Positions 24,881 through 36,546 of a stretch of 64,000 bases of DNA are shown piece after piece; the first letter of the stretch is position 1, and each line of letters begins with the position of its first letter. Origin of the DNA: Octopus sinensis (taxonomy: Eukaryota); assembly GCF_006345805.1 (NCBI RefSeq), contig NC_043017.1, forward strand, positions 30,070,001 to 30,134,000, read 5' to 3'. Position numbers and translations under genes: made by a program. The notes under the pieces were generated by a model, which saw only the letters and a list, made by a program, of their open reading frames with translations, searched no databases and was not told the DNA's origin.

Positions 24881-25171
24881 CAAAGCCTCCAACTGCGTAA
24901 AAGGTTTTTCAGGCAAAGAAATAAGTTGCTAAGATTTCACAATAGTTTTGTCCTTGCAGAAACATGATCTTCTACGATGACCTGCTAATTATACTTCCGC
25001 ATTATATTAATTTGTAATAATTCCTATTGTATATGCAATTTCAGAAAGCTTCTATATGTTTCAGATTAAGTTTTCCGTCATTCCGTTTAGTTATAGATTA
25101 ACAGTTAAAAATGGTTTTAAGATCTTCAGTTGTACAAATCGCGCATTCATTAACAGAATATGTATTTATTT

Positions 25172-25364
25172 ATAGGCTCTCTGGTAAGAAGATTGCTTCC
25201 TAATCACGTGCTTGCAGGATGAAACCCACTGCGTGGAACATGTTGCAAGTATCGTCTACTAAAGCCTCGGACCAGCCAAAGCCTTCTGGGTGGGTTTAGT
25301 AGAAAGAAACTAAATGAAGCAATCGTGTGTGTACGTGTGTGTGTACACACACACACACATACAC

Positions 25365-25397
<33 letters not shown>

Positions 25398-25972
25398 AGT
25401 CAGGGTAGAAAATGCTAAAATAATTTAATAAAGAACATTTCAGTACCGTTTTCAGCCATGTGAGACCTTTTCGACTGTAACGATTGAAAATGTCTCAAAT
25501 GACTGAAACCGGTACAGAAATATTCTTTATAAAATTATTTTAGCATTTTCTACCTTGACTTGTTTTTTCACATATATCAACTCGTGTGTTCCTTTTCATC
25601 CTTATATATATGTATATATATATATATATATATCGTTAATTACATATATTAACATGTATGCTTCGTGTACTTTCTGGTGGCTGCAATGACTTAGCTGAGT
25701 ATATAACTCTCATGTCGCCAGAGTTAAACACCGTAGAGACGTGGACAGGTGAGATAGCTCACCTTCAATCACATTTGAGAGTGTGTCTGTACCCCACCAT
25801 CCCTTGACAACCGATGTTGGTGTGTTTACTTTCCCGAAACTTAACAGTTTTGCCTAAGAAACCGATAGAACAAGAACTAGGCTTACAAAGAATAAGTCCA
25901 GGGATCGGTTTCTTCGACTAATGGTAGTGCTCCAGCTTGGCCGTAGTCAAATGACTGAAGTAAGTAAACGAA
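25172..25972 (+). mobile_element. Family-A SINE split at its internal microsatellite (5' part 25172-25330, 3' part ~25783-25972)
   Basis: Both halves recognisable, separated by a CA tract, an inverted repeat and other sequence. Confidence 0.65.
25396..25562. mobile_element. Inverted pair of PLE-terminal-like modules with hammerhead-like motifs
   Basis: Arms 25396-25472 and 25486-25562; motifs at 25441-25477 (-) and 25484-25517 (+), the latter with GAAACCGGTA. Confidence 0.7.
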
Positions 25973-26014
25973 TAACAGACTGTGTTTGCTGTGAGTATAA
26001 TATTTGACGGTAGT

Positions 26015-26392
26015 TTAATGCATTCGAGCTTTGGTGTCGGAAAAGACCTTTTACGGATTCCCTGGACAGCGAGGCTTACCAATGGAGAAGTTCTTAAGCA
26101 GATAAGGCCGAAAATGTCGCTAGAAGCTAGGATCACCAAACATAGATTGGCCTATTTCGGTCATATTATGCAGAGAAAATCCCTGGAAAAGGACATCATG
26201 CTCGGAATGGTCAGTGGCAAGAGATGAAGAGGCCGACTAAGAACCCGCTGGCTTGACCCCATCAAGAGTGATACCGGAATGGAAATGGCCAATCTGAACG
26301 AAGCGGCCTAAGATAGAACTGACTGGAGGACACTGATCCAACGAGTGACCGAGAGTCGACTCCGACTGAGCGGATAGAGATAGAGTGAGAGT
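26015..26392 (+). mobile_element. 5'-truncated RTE-clade (BovB-like) LINE 3' end
   Basis: AFELWC / LLRIPWTARLTNGEVLKQIRPKMSLEARITKHRLAYFGHIMQRKSLEKDIMLGMVSGKR*RGRLRTRWLD..DRTDWRTLIQRVTESRLRLSG*, followed by a short GA-rich tail. Confidence 0.9.
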
Positions 26393-26777
26393 TTAAAGCC
26401 AATAGTCATAAAACAGAAGTTCCTTATATATTCTGCTCATGATTCTATTGTGCATTTGTTTCGTTTTGGGTTAGGTAATGAAGGTACATATATGCCTATT
26501 AGAGCGCAATGTAACGATCGATGTTAGGCAATGGAACTTTGTAATATGTATATTCAGTTTGTGTATGAGTCTCCTCTTTTGAAGGGGATATAAAGTGGTT
26601 GCTTTGAAGCTTCAGGTCAATGAATAGCCTGCAGGAAGACATACAGCATCTCGTATGCGTATACTGTTGCAGATACTACTTAGGTTTCTTTTTCATTGAT
26701 TCAAGGTTTTTCGCCCTAACACAACTGTTTAGATTTTAGTGTTGAGGCATATAGCATTACTTTTGAATCCACTGCTG

Positions 26778-26909
26778 TTATTATTATTATTATTATCATT
26801 ATTATTATTATTATCATTATTAGTATCATTATCATTATAATCCTTATTATTATTAGCATCATTATCATTATAATCCTTATTATTATTAGTATCATTATCA
26901 TTATAATCC

Positions 26910-26944
<35 letters not shown>

Positions 26945-26997
26945 ATCATCATTATTATTATCATTATCATTATTATCATCATCATTATTATTATAAT
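26778..26997. repeat. (ATT/ATC)n microsatellite with short higher-order units
   Basis: Directly visible. Confidence 0.95.
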
Positions 26998-28344
26998 TTT
27001 GGCTATTGGATGAATGAAATCTCTCAACAAGGCTTATTCTCTCTTAGTTAACAAAACTTTCGTATTTGTACGAGTACTATTTATTTTAACGTATTTCCTC
27101 TTTCTTCGAATTACCAGTGTTATCTTGTTTGAAATCTAGTGTTTAAAATACGCACTCAACTGGTTCCGTTCCTATCCATAGATTGCGTATTGGGATAATT
27201 CTATTTTCGTTTAAGTTGCTATTACTATAAAGATAAGCAAGACAATTTATATTGTGTCAGGCATAAGGATTGAACTCAGTTTACTTATTAATGGGATAGT
27301 TTACGCTTTCTTCTACTTTAGAGTATACTGAAAATGAGAATTTTAACGTACGTTGATTAAAGTTGCTTTTATATTTATCTCTAGGTGAAAGGATCATGTT
27401 TAGATATAATAAAACGTTTGTGTCTGCAATACGTCTTTACGTTTCTTGCCCAAGGTGCGATAAAGCAAGGTGTTTCATTTCATGGTTTTGAAAACTTCGT
27501 TGGAAAAGTAATTAATTTTGGCATCAATAAAAAAAGAATGTTTTAACAGAATATCACGTTTTAATGTTTGCCTTTTGGTATATTTCTGTTATACCTAATA
27601 AGAATTGTGAAACTCCTTCCATTGTCTGATAAAAACTTACAATTATTGCACTTTAATAAATTATACTCGGACATTTGCCTATTAATTACGACTTGAATAT
27701 TTGTTCTCTTAATTGTTTGCGTTAATTTCTGAAAACCATTTATTACATTAACAGTTTTCTCTTGGTAATTAAAAATGTAATTTGTAGTATTATTAATCTC
27801 GTGTGTATTAATTGTACATCCATAACCGTTAGGATCTTTAATGATCGCAGAGTTACAATTACGTTTTTAATTCCCAGTTCTATCGCTTTGATTTTGATAT
27901 CGACTTCTAACACCGTAAGATCTCTTATCCTTATTCTTTAGAGTCATAGATCTTATCTTCCTAGACTGGTTTCATTTTTATTGAGTGGAATGTTCTTTAT
28001 GATTTCGTTGCATCCACATCTTTATAGTGCCTCTATGATATCCAGAGCAATCATTGAATGTTTAATCTGTTACAGACAATTTAGATATTCTCGGCCAAAT
28101 ATTTCTAAAGAGACTTTCTGTAAAAGGCATAGACGATTAAAGTACGAAGAACATTGCAGATGATTTGAGACGCTTTACGAGGATGAGTTATAAATGTAGA
28201 TTATTGTAATTTAATTATATCAATATTATAGATCTAATACGCAGACATACTAACGTTTGTTATTCTACTTTGAAAGAGAGCGCTATAATAAGTCTTGGAA
28301 CATTACCTGCAGAACATGGCTTTCCACACGCTCCTTCTTAATCT

Positions 28345-28680
28345 GAGACCTCCCTTCGGTCATGACTGACCGTGGGATTGCACCTATAAAGTTACCCTCC
28401 CAGGCACAAGTCCGAGCTAGGTTGTTTATGGAAGACCAGCAGTCGCCCATGTATAACGGCCTCTTCTCTCCACGCCACCAGTGTTATCCAAGGGAATGGA
28501 AAAGGCAGCGATACAGCTTGGAACCTGTGACGTGTTAACTCATTTCTACAGCTGAGTGAACTGGAGCAACGTGAAATGAAGTGTCTTGCTCAAGAACACA
28601 ACACGAAGCCCGGTCCGGGATTTGAACTCACAACCTCACGATCGTAAGCTCGATGCTCTAACCAGAGCCATGAGCCTTCA
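28345..28680 (-). mobile_element. tRNA-derived SINE family D
   Basis: Minus-strand head tggctctggttagagcatcgagc..GAGTTCAAATCCC, body gtgttcttgagcaagacact..cactcagctgtagaaatgagt; second copy at 59067-59360. Confidence 0.85.
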
Positions 28681-28709
28681 TTATTATTATTCCTTCATTT
28701 TGTCATTAT

Positions 28710-29092
28710 TCTCTTTACTCTTTTACTTGTTTCTGTCATTTAACTGCAGCCATGCTGGAGCATCGACTTTAGTCGAGGAAATCGACCACAGAAACTAATT
28801 CTTTGTAAAGCTAATACTTATTCTATCGGGCTATTTTGCCGAACCGCTATATGACGGGGACATGAACACACCAGCATCAGTTGTGAAGCAATGCTAGGTG
28901 GAGAAACACCGACACACATACATACATACATACATACATATCGCCGAGCTTCTTTCAGTTTCTGTCTACCAAGTCCACTCACAATGCTTTGGTCGCCCCA
29001 AGGCTATAGTACAAGACACTTGCCCAAGATGCCACGCAGTGGAAATGAACCCAGAACCACCATGTGATTGGTAAGCAAGCTAGTTACCACAT
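28710..29092 (-). mobile_element. Family-A SINE
   Basis: Colinear with 2708-3091. Confidence 0.85.
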
Positions 29093-29099
29093 TGCCATT

Positions 29100-29530
29100 C
29101 CTTCATAATATCTTTATAATATCTTCGGATAGACAAATATTGAGGTTCTCTTTCAGCGTGGGGAACCACAAAAAGCCAAAAGACGAAATACTTGGATTTT
29201 AAGGAAGGTGAGTGACAGTTTTGATGGCCATCTCTGTCAAGTAGTCTCTTAACAAAATGCTCTTCACAGAGCACTAAGGAATCAAAGTTTGCACAAAGGG
29301 TGCACATGCACAGATCATTAGCAATAATTCTGTATACAGTTGCCACACGAACACCAAACGGTATGCTTATTGTCTTTAGTGACAACTTGCGAATTTGCTT
29401 AACCATCGTTCACCTTCTGACTTCCCCCCCTCACTCCCACTCACATTATAGTCCATTTCCTCACTAGTACGTTTGAACCTCTTGTACCAGCGAAGACGTT
29501 ACTCATAAGTTTCTGCCCAGCTTGACTCAA
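29100..29530 (-). pseudogene. Internally deleted mariner transposase remnant
   Basis: LRWYKRFKR; QIRKLSLKTISIPFGVRVATVYRIIANDLCMCTLCANFDSLVLCEEH (HTH plus WVPR-equivalent region); HSPSL..FWLF / WFPTLKENL (YSPDLAP.DF.LFP.LK equivalent). Confidence 0.7.
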
Positions 29531-29914
29531 GACTACGGTGTAGCGAGCTTCGAAACGTCCTCACTGCATTTAGAAACTAATCAGATATGTCAAATACTCT
29601 TAGTGGCGTGTGCTCAAAATAAATGCATTTATTGCTGTCTTCTTCCACTCGTAATAAAACAAAGGTTTGAGGTAGGTTTATTAGGCGTATAGTAATTAAA
29701 TACTGAAACTACAATGACCTGGAACAGTTATAAATGCCTCTCTTAAAAGAAGCTCAAAACTTCTGAAATGTGGCGAGGTCTCTCAATCGTTAATGCGCCG
29801 GCAAAATATGCTTAGCGACATTTCGCCCGTTTTCATTTTCTGACTTGAAATTCCTCCGAGGTTGGCTTTGACTTTTATACTTTCGGGGTCGATAAAATAA
29901 ATATCAGTTTTATC

Positions 29915-30240
29915 GGGCATATGGCATAGTGGTTAAGAGCGAGGACTACTAACCCTAAGATTCCGAGTTCGATTCCATGCAGTGACCTGAACACTAACAA
30001 TAATAATAATAACAACAACAACGTCGACGACGACAACTACAACAACAATAATAACAATAATAACGATAAGAAGAACAACAACAACAACAACATTGAAAGA
30101 TACCTTAGGAATGAGAAGCCAGGTTCGAAATTTCCACAAGACACCTGAAGAAGGCTGGAGGGAATATCAGCCGAAACGTTGAGTTAACAACAAACAACAT
30201 GAAGATAAATATCCGCCGAATGTAAATAATGTAAATAATG
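29915..30240 (+). mobile_element. tRNA-headed SINE-like element with internal (AAT/AAC)n and a hammerhead-containing tail
   Basis: A box TGGCATAGTGG (29922), B box GAGTTCGATTCC (29965), microsatellite spacer, hammerhead at 30140-30185, tail of short AATGTAAAT repeats. Confidence 0.8.
30140..30185 (+). ncRNA. Minimal type I hammerhead ribozyme motif, canonical core
   Basis: GACAC-CTGAAGA-A-GGCTG-gagggaatat-CAGCC-GAAA-CG-TT-GAGTT: intact CUGANGA, GAAA and UH; 5-bp stem II; palindromic AACGTT stem III; stem I 4 of 5 paired. Confidence 0.75.
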
Positions 30241-32054
30241 AAAATGAATATCAGTTGTGATCGATATAATCGGTTTATTAATTCCCATAGAGCTGCTGAG
30301 CTTGTGAGAAAGTGCGAAACAGATATTAAGAAACACGAAAGTGGTGAGCAGAATCGTCAGCATGCCTGCCAAAATACGTAGTGACGTTTTGTTCGTCATG
30401 AGGTTCTGATTTCAAATTCCGTCGATGTCGACGTCGCGTTTTCTCTTTTCGAAGTCGGCAAAAAAAGTACCATTTGATGAACCCCAGGGTCGATATAATC
30501 GCTTGAACACCGGGGTTGATATGATCAATTTATGGTTCCCTCCCTTGAAAGTGGTAGCTTTGTGCTAATATTTGAAATCAGCATCGTTAGAAAAGTGTAA
30601 TTAGATGTAACTGTAAATAAATTAGATGTATCTGTAAATGAATTCTGTTTTTTGAAGTACATGAATATTCCCGGAGATTTAAGTACTGGCTACATGGCAT
30701 GGTACTTCAGTCGCATTCAAAAAGATATGATTGAAAACGGATCCTGATAACAACAATCTAACCGATACAAGTCCGAATCTGGAAGCCGTCTGCTGGCAAG
30801 TTTGTCCATCTTTTAAGGGTAAATACCCAATCTCTCTCTCTGTATAAGTAAGTATATATATATATATATATATATATGAATGAATGTAATGTATATTGTC
30901 ATTTAAACGTGGGGGTTCTACAAGAACAGACGTTACTACTGTTTTAAACCCAGTATATATATTGCAAGCGGGGAGAGAACTCCGTACTCTCCAAGTTCCA
31001 AGATCAGCATATCACGTAATTTCAATCTTTTTTGATTATCATCAGTGGCGTATACTCGTCTGCTATATATATGCATTTTTTGTTTTAATAATATATAATT
31101 ATCAATATTTATATATTATTAAAAAACATATGTATATATCGCTCGTATTAAATATATGATTACTTTAATAGTATAATTCTTGAATATATTTACATATATG
31201 TGTATGTATGTATGTATGTATGTATATGTGGGTCTTTGTTTGTGTATTTGTTTATGCAATTCTATATATCTATAAATTCTCTGATAGACAGATCATACCA
31301 CACGACAAAACTAATTTCTTCGGTTACTGAACAAATTCAAGTCCCTGATAAGCTGGTGGTTATGCAATATATATTAACAACGAACGTTCGTACTTGCTCA
31401 GACGTTTCTAGTACGGATCTCAATTATAAACTTCCATGTTCACGTATGTTATTTCCTATATGAAAATAAGAATCCAAAGATAATTATTTCTTGTCATCAA
31501 TATATTTTGCTATATTTTTCTACATCACTGTATTATGTTTTTGTTCATCTGAAGTGTTTTTTTCTGCTACATATTCTTTCCCAAAACCTATATTCTTGTA
31601 TACTTCTGAAAAATATGTATCCAGCTAGTCTTACACATAATAATACGCACGCATGTCAGGAGAGAATTCGATTTTTTCTTCTCAAATTCGCTGACAATGC
31701 ATCCATTGATGACGGCAATCTACAATTATCCACGCCGGTAATACATACATACATACATGCATGCATATATACATACATATGTACAGAAATATATACATAC
31801 GTACATGCATGCATATATACATACATATGTACAGAAATATATACATACGTACATATACATATATATATATATATATATCTATATATGTGCGTAAGAATAT
31901 TTGCGGGTGTATTCGTATGTACACACATATATATATTCACATATATATGGATATACTTATATATATATATATGGATATATTTATATATATCCATGTATAT
32001 GTGTATATCTATGGGAATGTATAGATATAAATAGAGAGAGAGATAAACATATAC

Positions 32055-32095
<41 letters not shown>

Positions 32096-32845
32096 TATAT
32101 ACATATATATATATCTGTATATATATATATATCTGTATATATATTGGTATATGTATAATATTGATTATATGTGTGTCACTGTATTTGTGTGGGGAGGGAG
32201 TGAGAGAGGTTTAGACATTGAGAGTATGGGAGTGAAAAATTGAGAGAGAGAGAGTGAGAGAGAGAGTGAGAGAATAAAGGATTAAATGAAAGAAAGAATG
32301 AAATAAATATTGAGAAATACTGCTGCAAGTACACTATAAAATATATAGAATGATAGCGAACTGCACATATGTAATTTAACCAATAATCAATTGTCACAGT
32401 TAAAGAAAAAGAGTTTAAATGATAAACTGCGAGACAGAAATCATTAAGTGTTGCAGAAACGAACGGCACAGCAACGTTTTGGTGGAAGCCAGAGATATAT
32501 AACTATCAACATATTGACCTATTCATAAGTAGAACAAAGAATCGATAACGAAGCAGACGACAGCACTCCAGATTGTGAATCACATTGAATTGTGTAATGA
32601 ACTTTTGGAATATGGGAGTTCTTCATCTATTCATTCTTAGCTTACGTCGTTCTATTTTTTCTACAATTCTTATTGTTACTTTCAGAAATCACAGACAGGA
32701 ATGTGGTTCTTCATAAGTCAATCTAGTCGTAACTGTCTATCTTTTTCTTGAAATCTAGGAGTATTCAGAAAGTCTTCTTGCTTACTATCTTATATACACC
32801 ACTCCTACACATACACAACCATACAATTATATATTTACATATATA

Positions 32846-33820
32846 CAGGGTGTCCCGAAATTAAGGCAACGAAGTTTCGGGCTTTAATAACTATCAATAA
32901 ACGTGATAAGATATGAAAATAGATTGTGCATCATTATAAGACCTTAGTGTGTCTTTTTGTTTCAGACTAAATAAATTCAGATTTATAAATTAGATAATGG
33001 CTATAGACCGGAATACAATCATAACCCACCGCAAAGGAGACGAAGGTAATACAACTTTGGCAAAATAGCTTGAAATTAAGAGAACAACATTCTGTAAAAT
33101 TGAATAGAAATTCAAGAAACTAGTTTCCGCTTATCAACAAAAATTAGCCTAAAGAGCAGTGTGTGAACCCCTCAGCTTATCAAAACTACGAAAGAAAATT
33201 ATGATGAAATTATCGTTCAGTTAGATAACAGGCAGCCACAGCTAAAATAAGCAGACTATTTATATATCGAGTGCTCAGAAAGGATCTCAGGACCCAGCCT
33301 TACAAGATGATCCACTGTCATCAGCTCGCGCAAGTTTATAAATCTATGAGACTGGAGACAACACGTCTTATCCTGCACCAGATTTGCTGAAGTCACGCTT
33401 CGCAAACTGGTGTTCACTAATGAAAAGGAATTTGACATCGAACAACCAGTAAACCAGAATGACTGAGTTTAGAGTGTATCTGACTTCGTTCGGGGACAGA
33501 CCCATAAATCGATGTCGACGTCAAAGCTCAGTCAGTTATGGTTTGATCGGCTGTGACAGCCACTAGAATGTCTCACCTCGTCTTTGAGTACTCTGATTTT
33601 AAAACAGCTAACGATACATTAGCGACAATCTGGAAGCTGCAGCGTTTCCACGAAGAAATGCGCACCATCAAGGCACATGTGGGGAATTTCCAGCATGACT
33701 CGGCAGCATCTCACAGCAGGAAAAGACAGAGCACTGGATTCAGAAAAAAAAATTCCATTGTTCATACGAAAGTATATATAGGTCTCAACAAGCTCCGATA
33801 TCAACCCCTTCGACTGCAGC
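32846..33820 (+). mobile_element. DD37D/maT-like DNA transposon fossil (5' TIR plus decayed transposase)
   Basis: TA|CAGGGTGTCCC start; ATG at 32997; motifs LVFTNEKEFDIEQPVNQND*V, QSVMV*SAVTATRMSHLVF, FQHDSAASHS, SSDINPFDCS. Confidence 0.8.
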
Positions 33821-34665
33821 TACAGTCAAACACATTTGTCCAAGGAAATAAATCTTTATTTTCGCAAAAGGACTTCCTACTTATTCAAATGCTCAGAATT
33901 ATTCTTACATTATCTCGAAACGTATAGATTATGATGAAGTAACTGTTACCTTTTAGAATGACAATGTAGAGAAGCAGTGCGAGGCTTGATATTGCCAGTT
34001 TGGACCAAACATAGGGAAAATAATTGTGCCGGGCATGGCTTGTTTAAAATCTGAAGTGTTAAAAGCAGAATGCTGTTTCAAGGATAAACAGAAAACCTCT
34101 AACTTGTTACAGCCTTAAAACCAATACGATATCCTCGAGGTCATGGCGTGTGCAGGAGAAGTGTTTACGAGCCTTTGAACTATCCGCACAGTCAATTGAG
34201 TACTGGGTAGAATCTGAAATGAATTGTCTCACGCATGAACACTAACATTTAATGTACAATGTGTTGTACAAACATGTATCCAAACATCAGAAAATAATTT
34301 AATTGCTACATGCTTTATCAAATTGGTGTTACTCAGTACCGCATCTTCTCAGAGAGGGAGAATTCAATATGTTTGTAGTGTAAATATTTACGTTTGGAAA
34401 TATAATTATTACAACCTGAAACCGATGATTTCCACCTGGTACCGCTATTCTTATAAAAACACGTAAGTACACGCATACACACACATATATATATATACAT
34501 GTGTATATATATATATACATGTGTATATATATATATATATATATAGACATGTATGTAAATATATATATATATACATGTATGTATGTATATATAAATATAT
34601 GCATATATATATGAGTATATATCCATTTATATATGCGTGTATTTATGTATGTATGTATATATATA

Positions 34666-34698
<33 letters not shown>

Positions 34699-35399
34699 CG
34701 AGCATGCACGCCCACACAACACGCACATGCATATATCTGTGTCACTCTTAGTAACTCTTAATGAGTTAGCGAGTACTACTGCTTACCAGAAATGGAGCTA
34801 TATGCATGGGAAACTATGATGGTGGCAATTGCTTTTCTAGAAAATTCGCAACCTTATGGAGGCGTGGGAAATATGTAAATATGAGTAGTCATTTAAGTCC
34901 TTAAGTACATTTGATAAGCATAAGAACCTTCTGAAAAAAGCGGTTTTATTTCTTGTATTAGCGCATCATTATTAGCGGCAAAATATTCATTGAAATATCT
35001 CAACAAATGGTTTAGCCTAAGAAATTAAAAATTAACATAGCATATAAAAGCATTATGTCCGCCTTTTAATCTCCGACTCACGTTTTTGCATTTCACCTTC
35101 CTAAAATGAAAAAAAAATTAGTGCTAGTTTTGAGTTTTAATGACCTAAAGTCTTCTTTTCATGTTTTTGAAAATGTATTGTTACAATTAGAGAAAATCTG
35201 TCGGTTTTATATTAATTGTAACTTCAATTATCTCGATCGCTACATTGCCCATAGTCAAACTTTCCTGTTTGGCATCCCCTTGCTCTCCTTTGATGTATGG
35301 TTTTGAATATCTGCTTCTCCGGTTTGTGCACTAATTATGTATGTCTGTTATAACACCTTTTTCCGAAATATTCTTCGCCAGTATATATATATATATATC

Positions 35400-35621
35400 G
35401 TAGAGGGCACATAAATGTGAAATAAGGGGGAAAAATAGTACTCAAATGCCAGAGGTAGAGTAATATGCTTATTTGAAAGCAGAAACATAACAAAAGCTGT
35501 TACTCCGAGTTTCACGTTCCCGTTCGTCGGATAGTTTTATTACAAAACTGTCAGACAAACTTGTTACAGCCTTAAATCTACTCTGAGTAACAGCTTTTAT
35601 ATTTCTGCTGCTTTTAAATAA
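35400..35621. mobile_element. TA-flanked inverted pair of PLE-terminal-like modules
   Basis: Arms ~35469-35538 and 35544-35621 around the loop ATTAC; hammerhead-like motif in the left arm, disrupted copy in the right arm. Confidence 0.7.
35497..35534 (-). ncRNA. Type I hammerhead-like motif (U4C variant)
   Basis: Minus strand CTAT-CCGACGA-ACG-ggaa-CGT-GAAA-CTC-g-GAG-TA-ACAG; the partner arm shows stem I was CTGT/ACAG. Confidence 0.65.
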
Positions 35622-35692
<71 letters not shown>

Positions 35693-36504
35693 CAATTTTG
35701 GGGGGTTACTCGATATGCGGGTATTCTATTTCACATAATACAAAATTAACCTAATTAGTAATATCTGACAGTAAACTCATGGTATCAGTTTGCACATCTC
35801 GAAATAACACTGGAAGTATATAAGCTAAATTGCCAGTTATATAACCTACTTCATTAATTATATCATACTTTAGTTAATACTTATACTTTTTAAATATGAA
35901 GGAACTACACGTGTTTCAGTATTTTAAGATTACAATATATATATATTATATACACAAATATATAAACATATATATGCAATCATCAGATTTACTATTATTC
36001 CTTTACCTCACACTTAAGATTTGTCTTGCTGCAGAAATACATGAAAAAATACCTCACAGAATTTCTCTGGACGTCGTAAGGATACTCGAATGATTGCTCA
36101 GGATTGTAAATCTAGAACTTATGTTAACTAGCTTGTGTCACTTAGTTAATAAATACACAGAGACACGAATTCACTCCTCCTTTAGATGTGTCACAACCTG
36201 TGCCAATGTGATGAATCAATTTTAGATGAAATCTAGAGGAACATATACGTGGGCGGTTGTCCAGCAAACAATATCAATAAATTCTCACTTAAACCATACC
36301 TTATATATTAAAATATAAATAAACCATAAATTCGATAATGCAGTATTTGATATTCTCTGTCAATGCAACATCAATTGCGATTGTCATATACTCATTATTT
36401 GTTTGTTAAATCAGGTATTACTTCAGATTAAATAGCAAAAACAATGAACTCACACACACACACATATATATATGTGTAGCTGTGTGTATATATATATACA
36501 CACA

Positions 36505-36546
<42 letters not shown>

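Noticed and set aside
29157-29207. Apparent 51-nt exon (tctttcag|...AAG|GTGAGT)
   Set aside because: Lies antisense within the mariner remnant; no partner exons or recognisable peptide.
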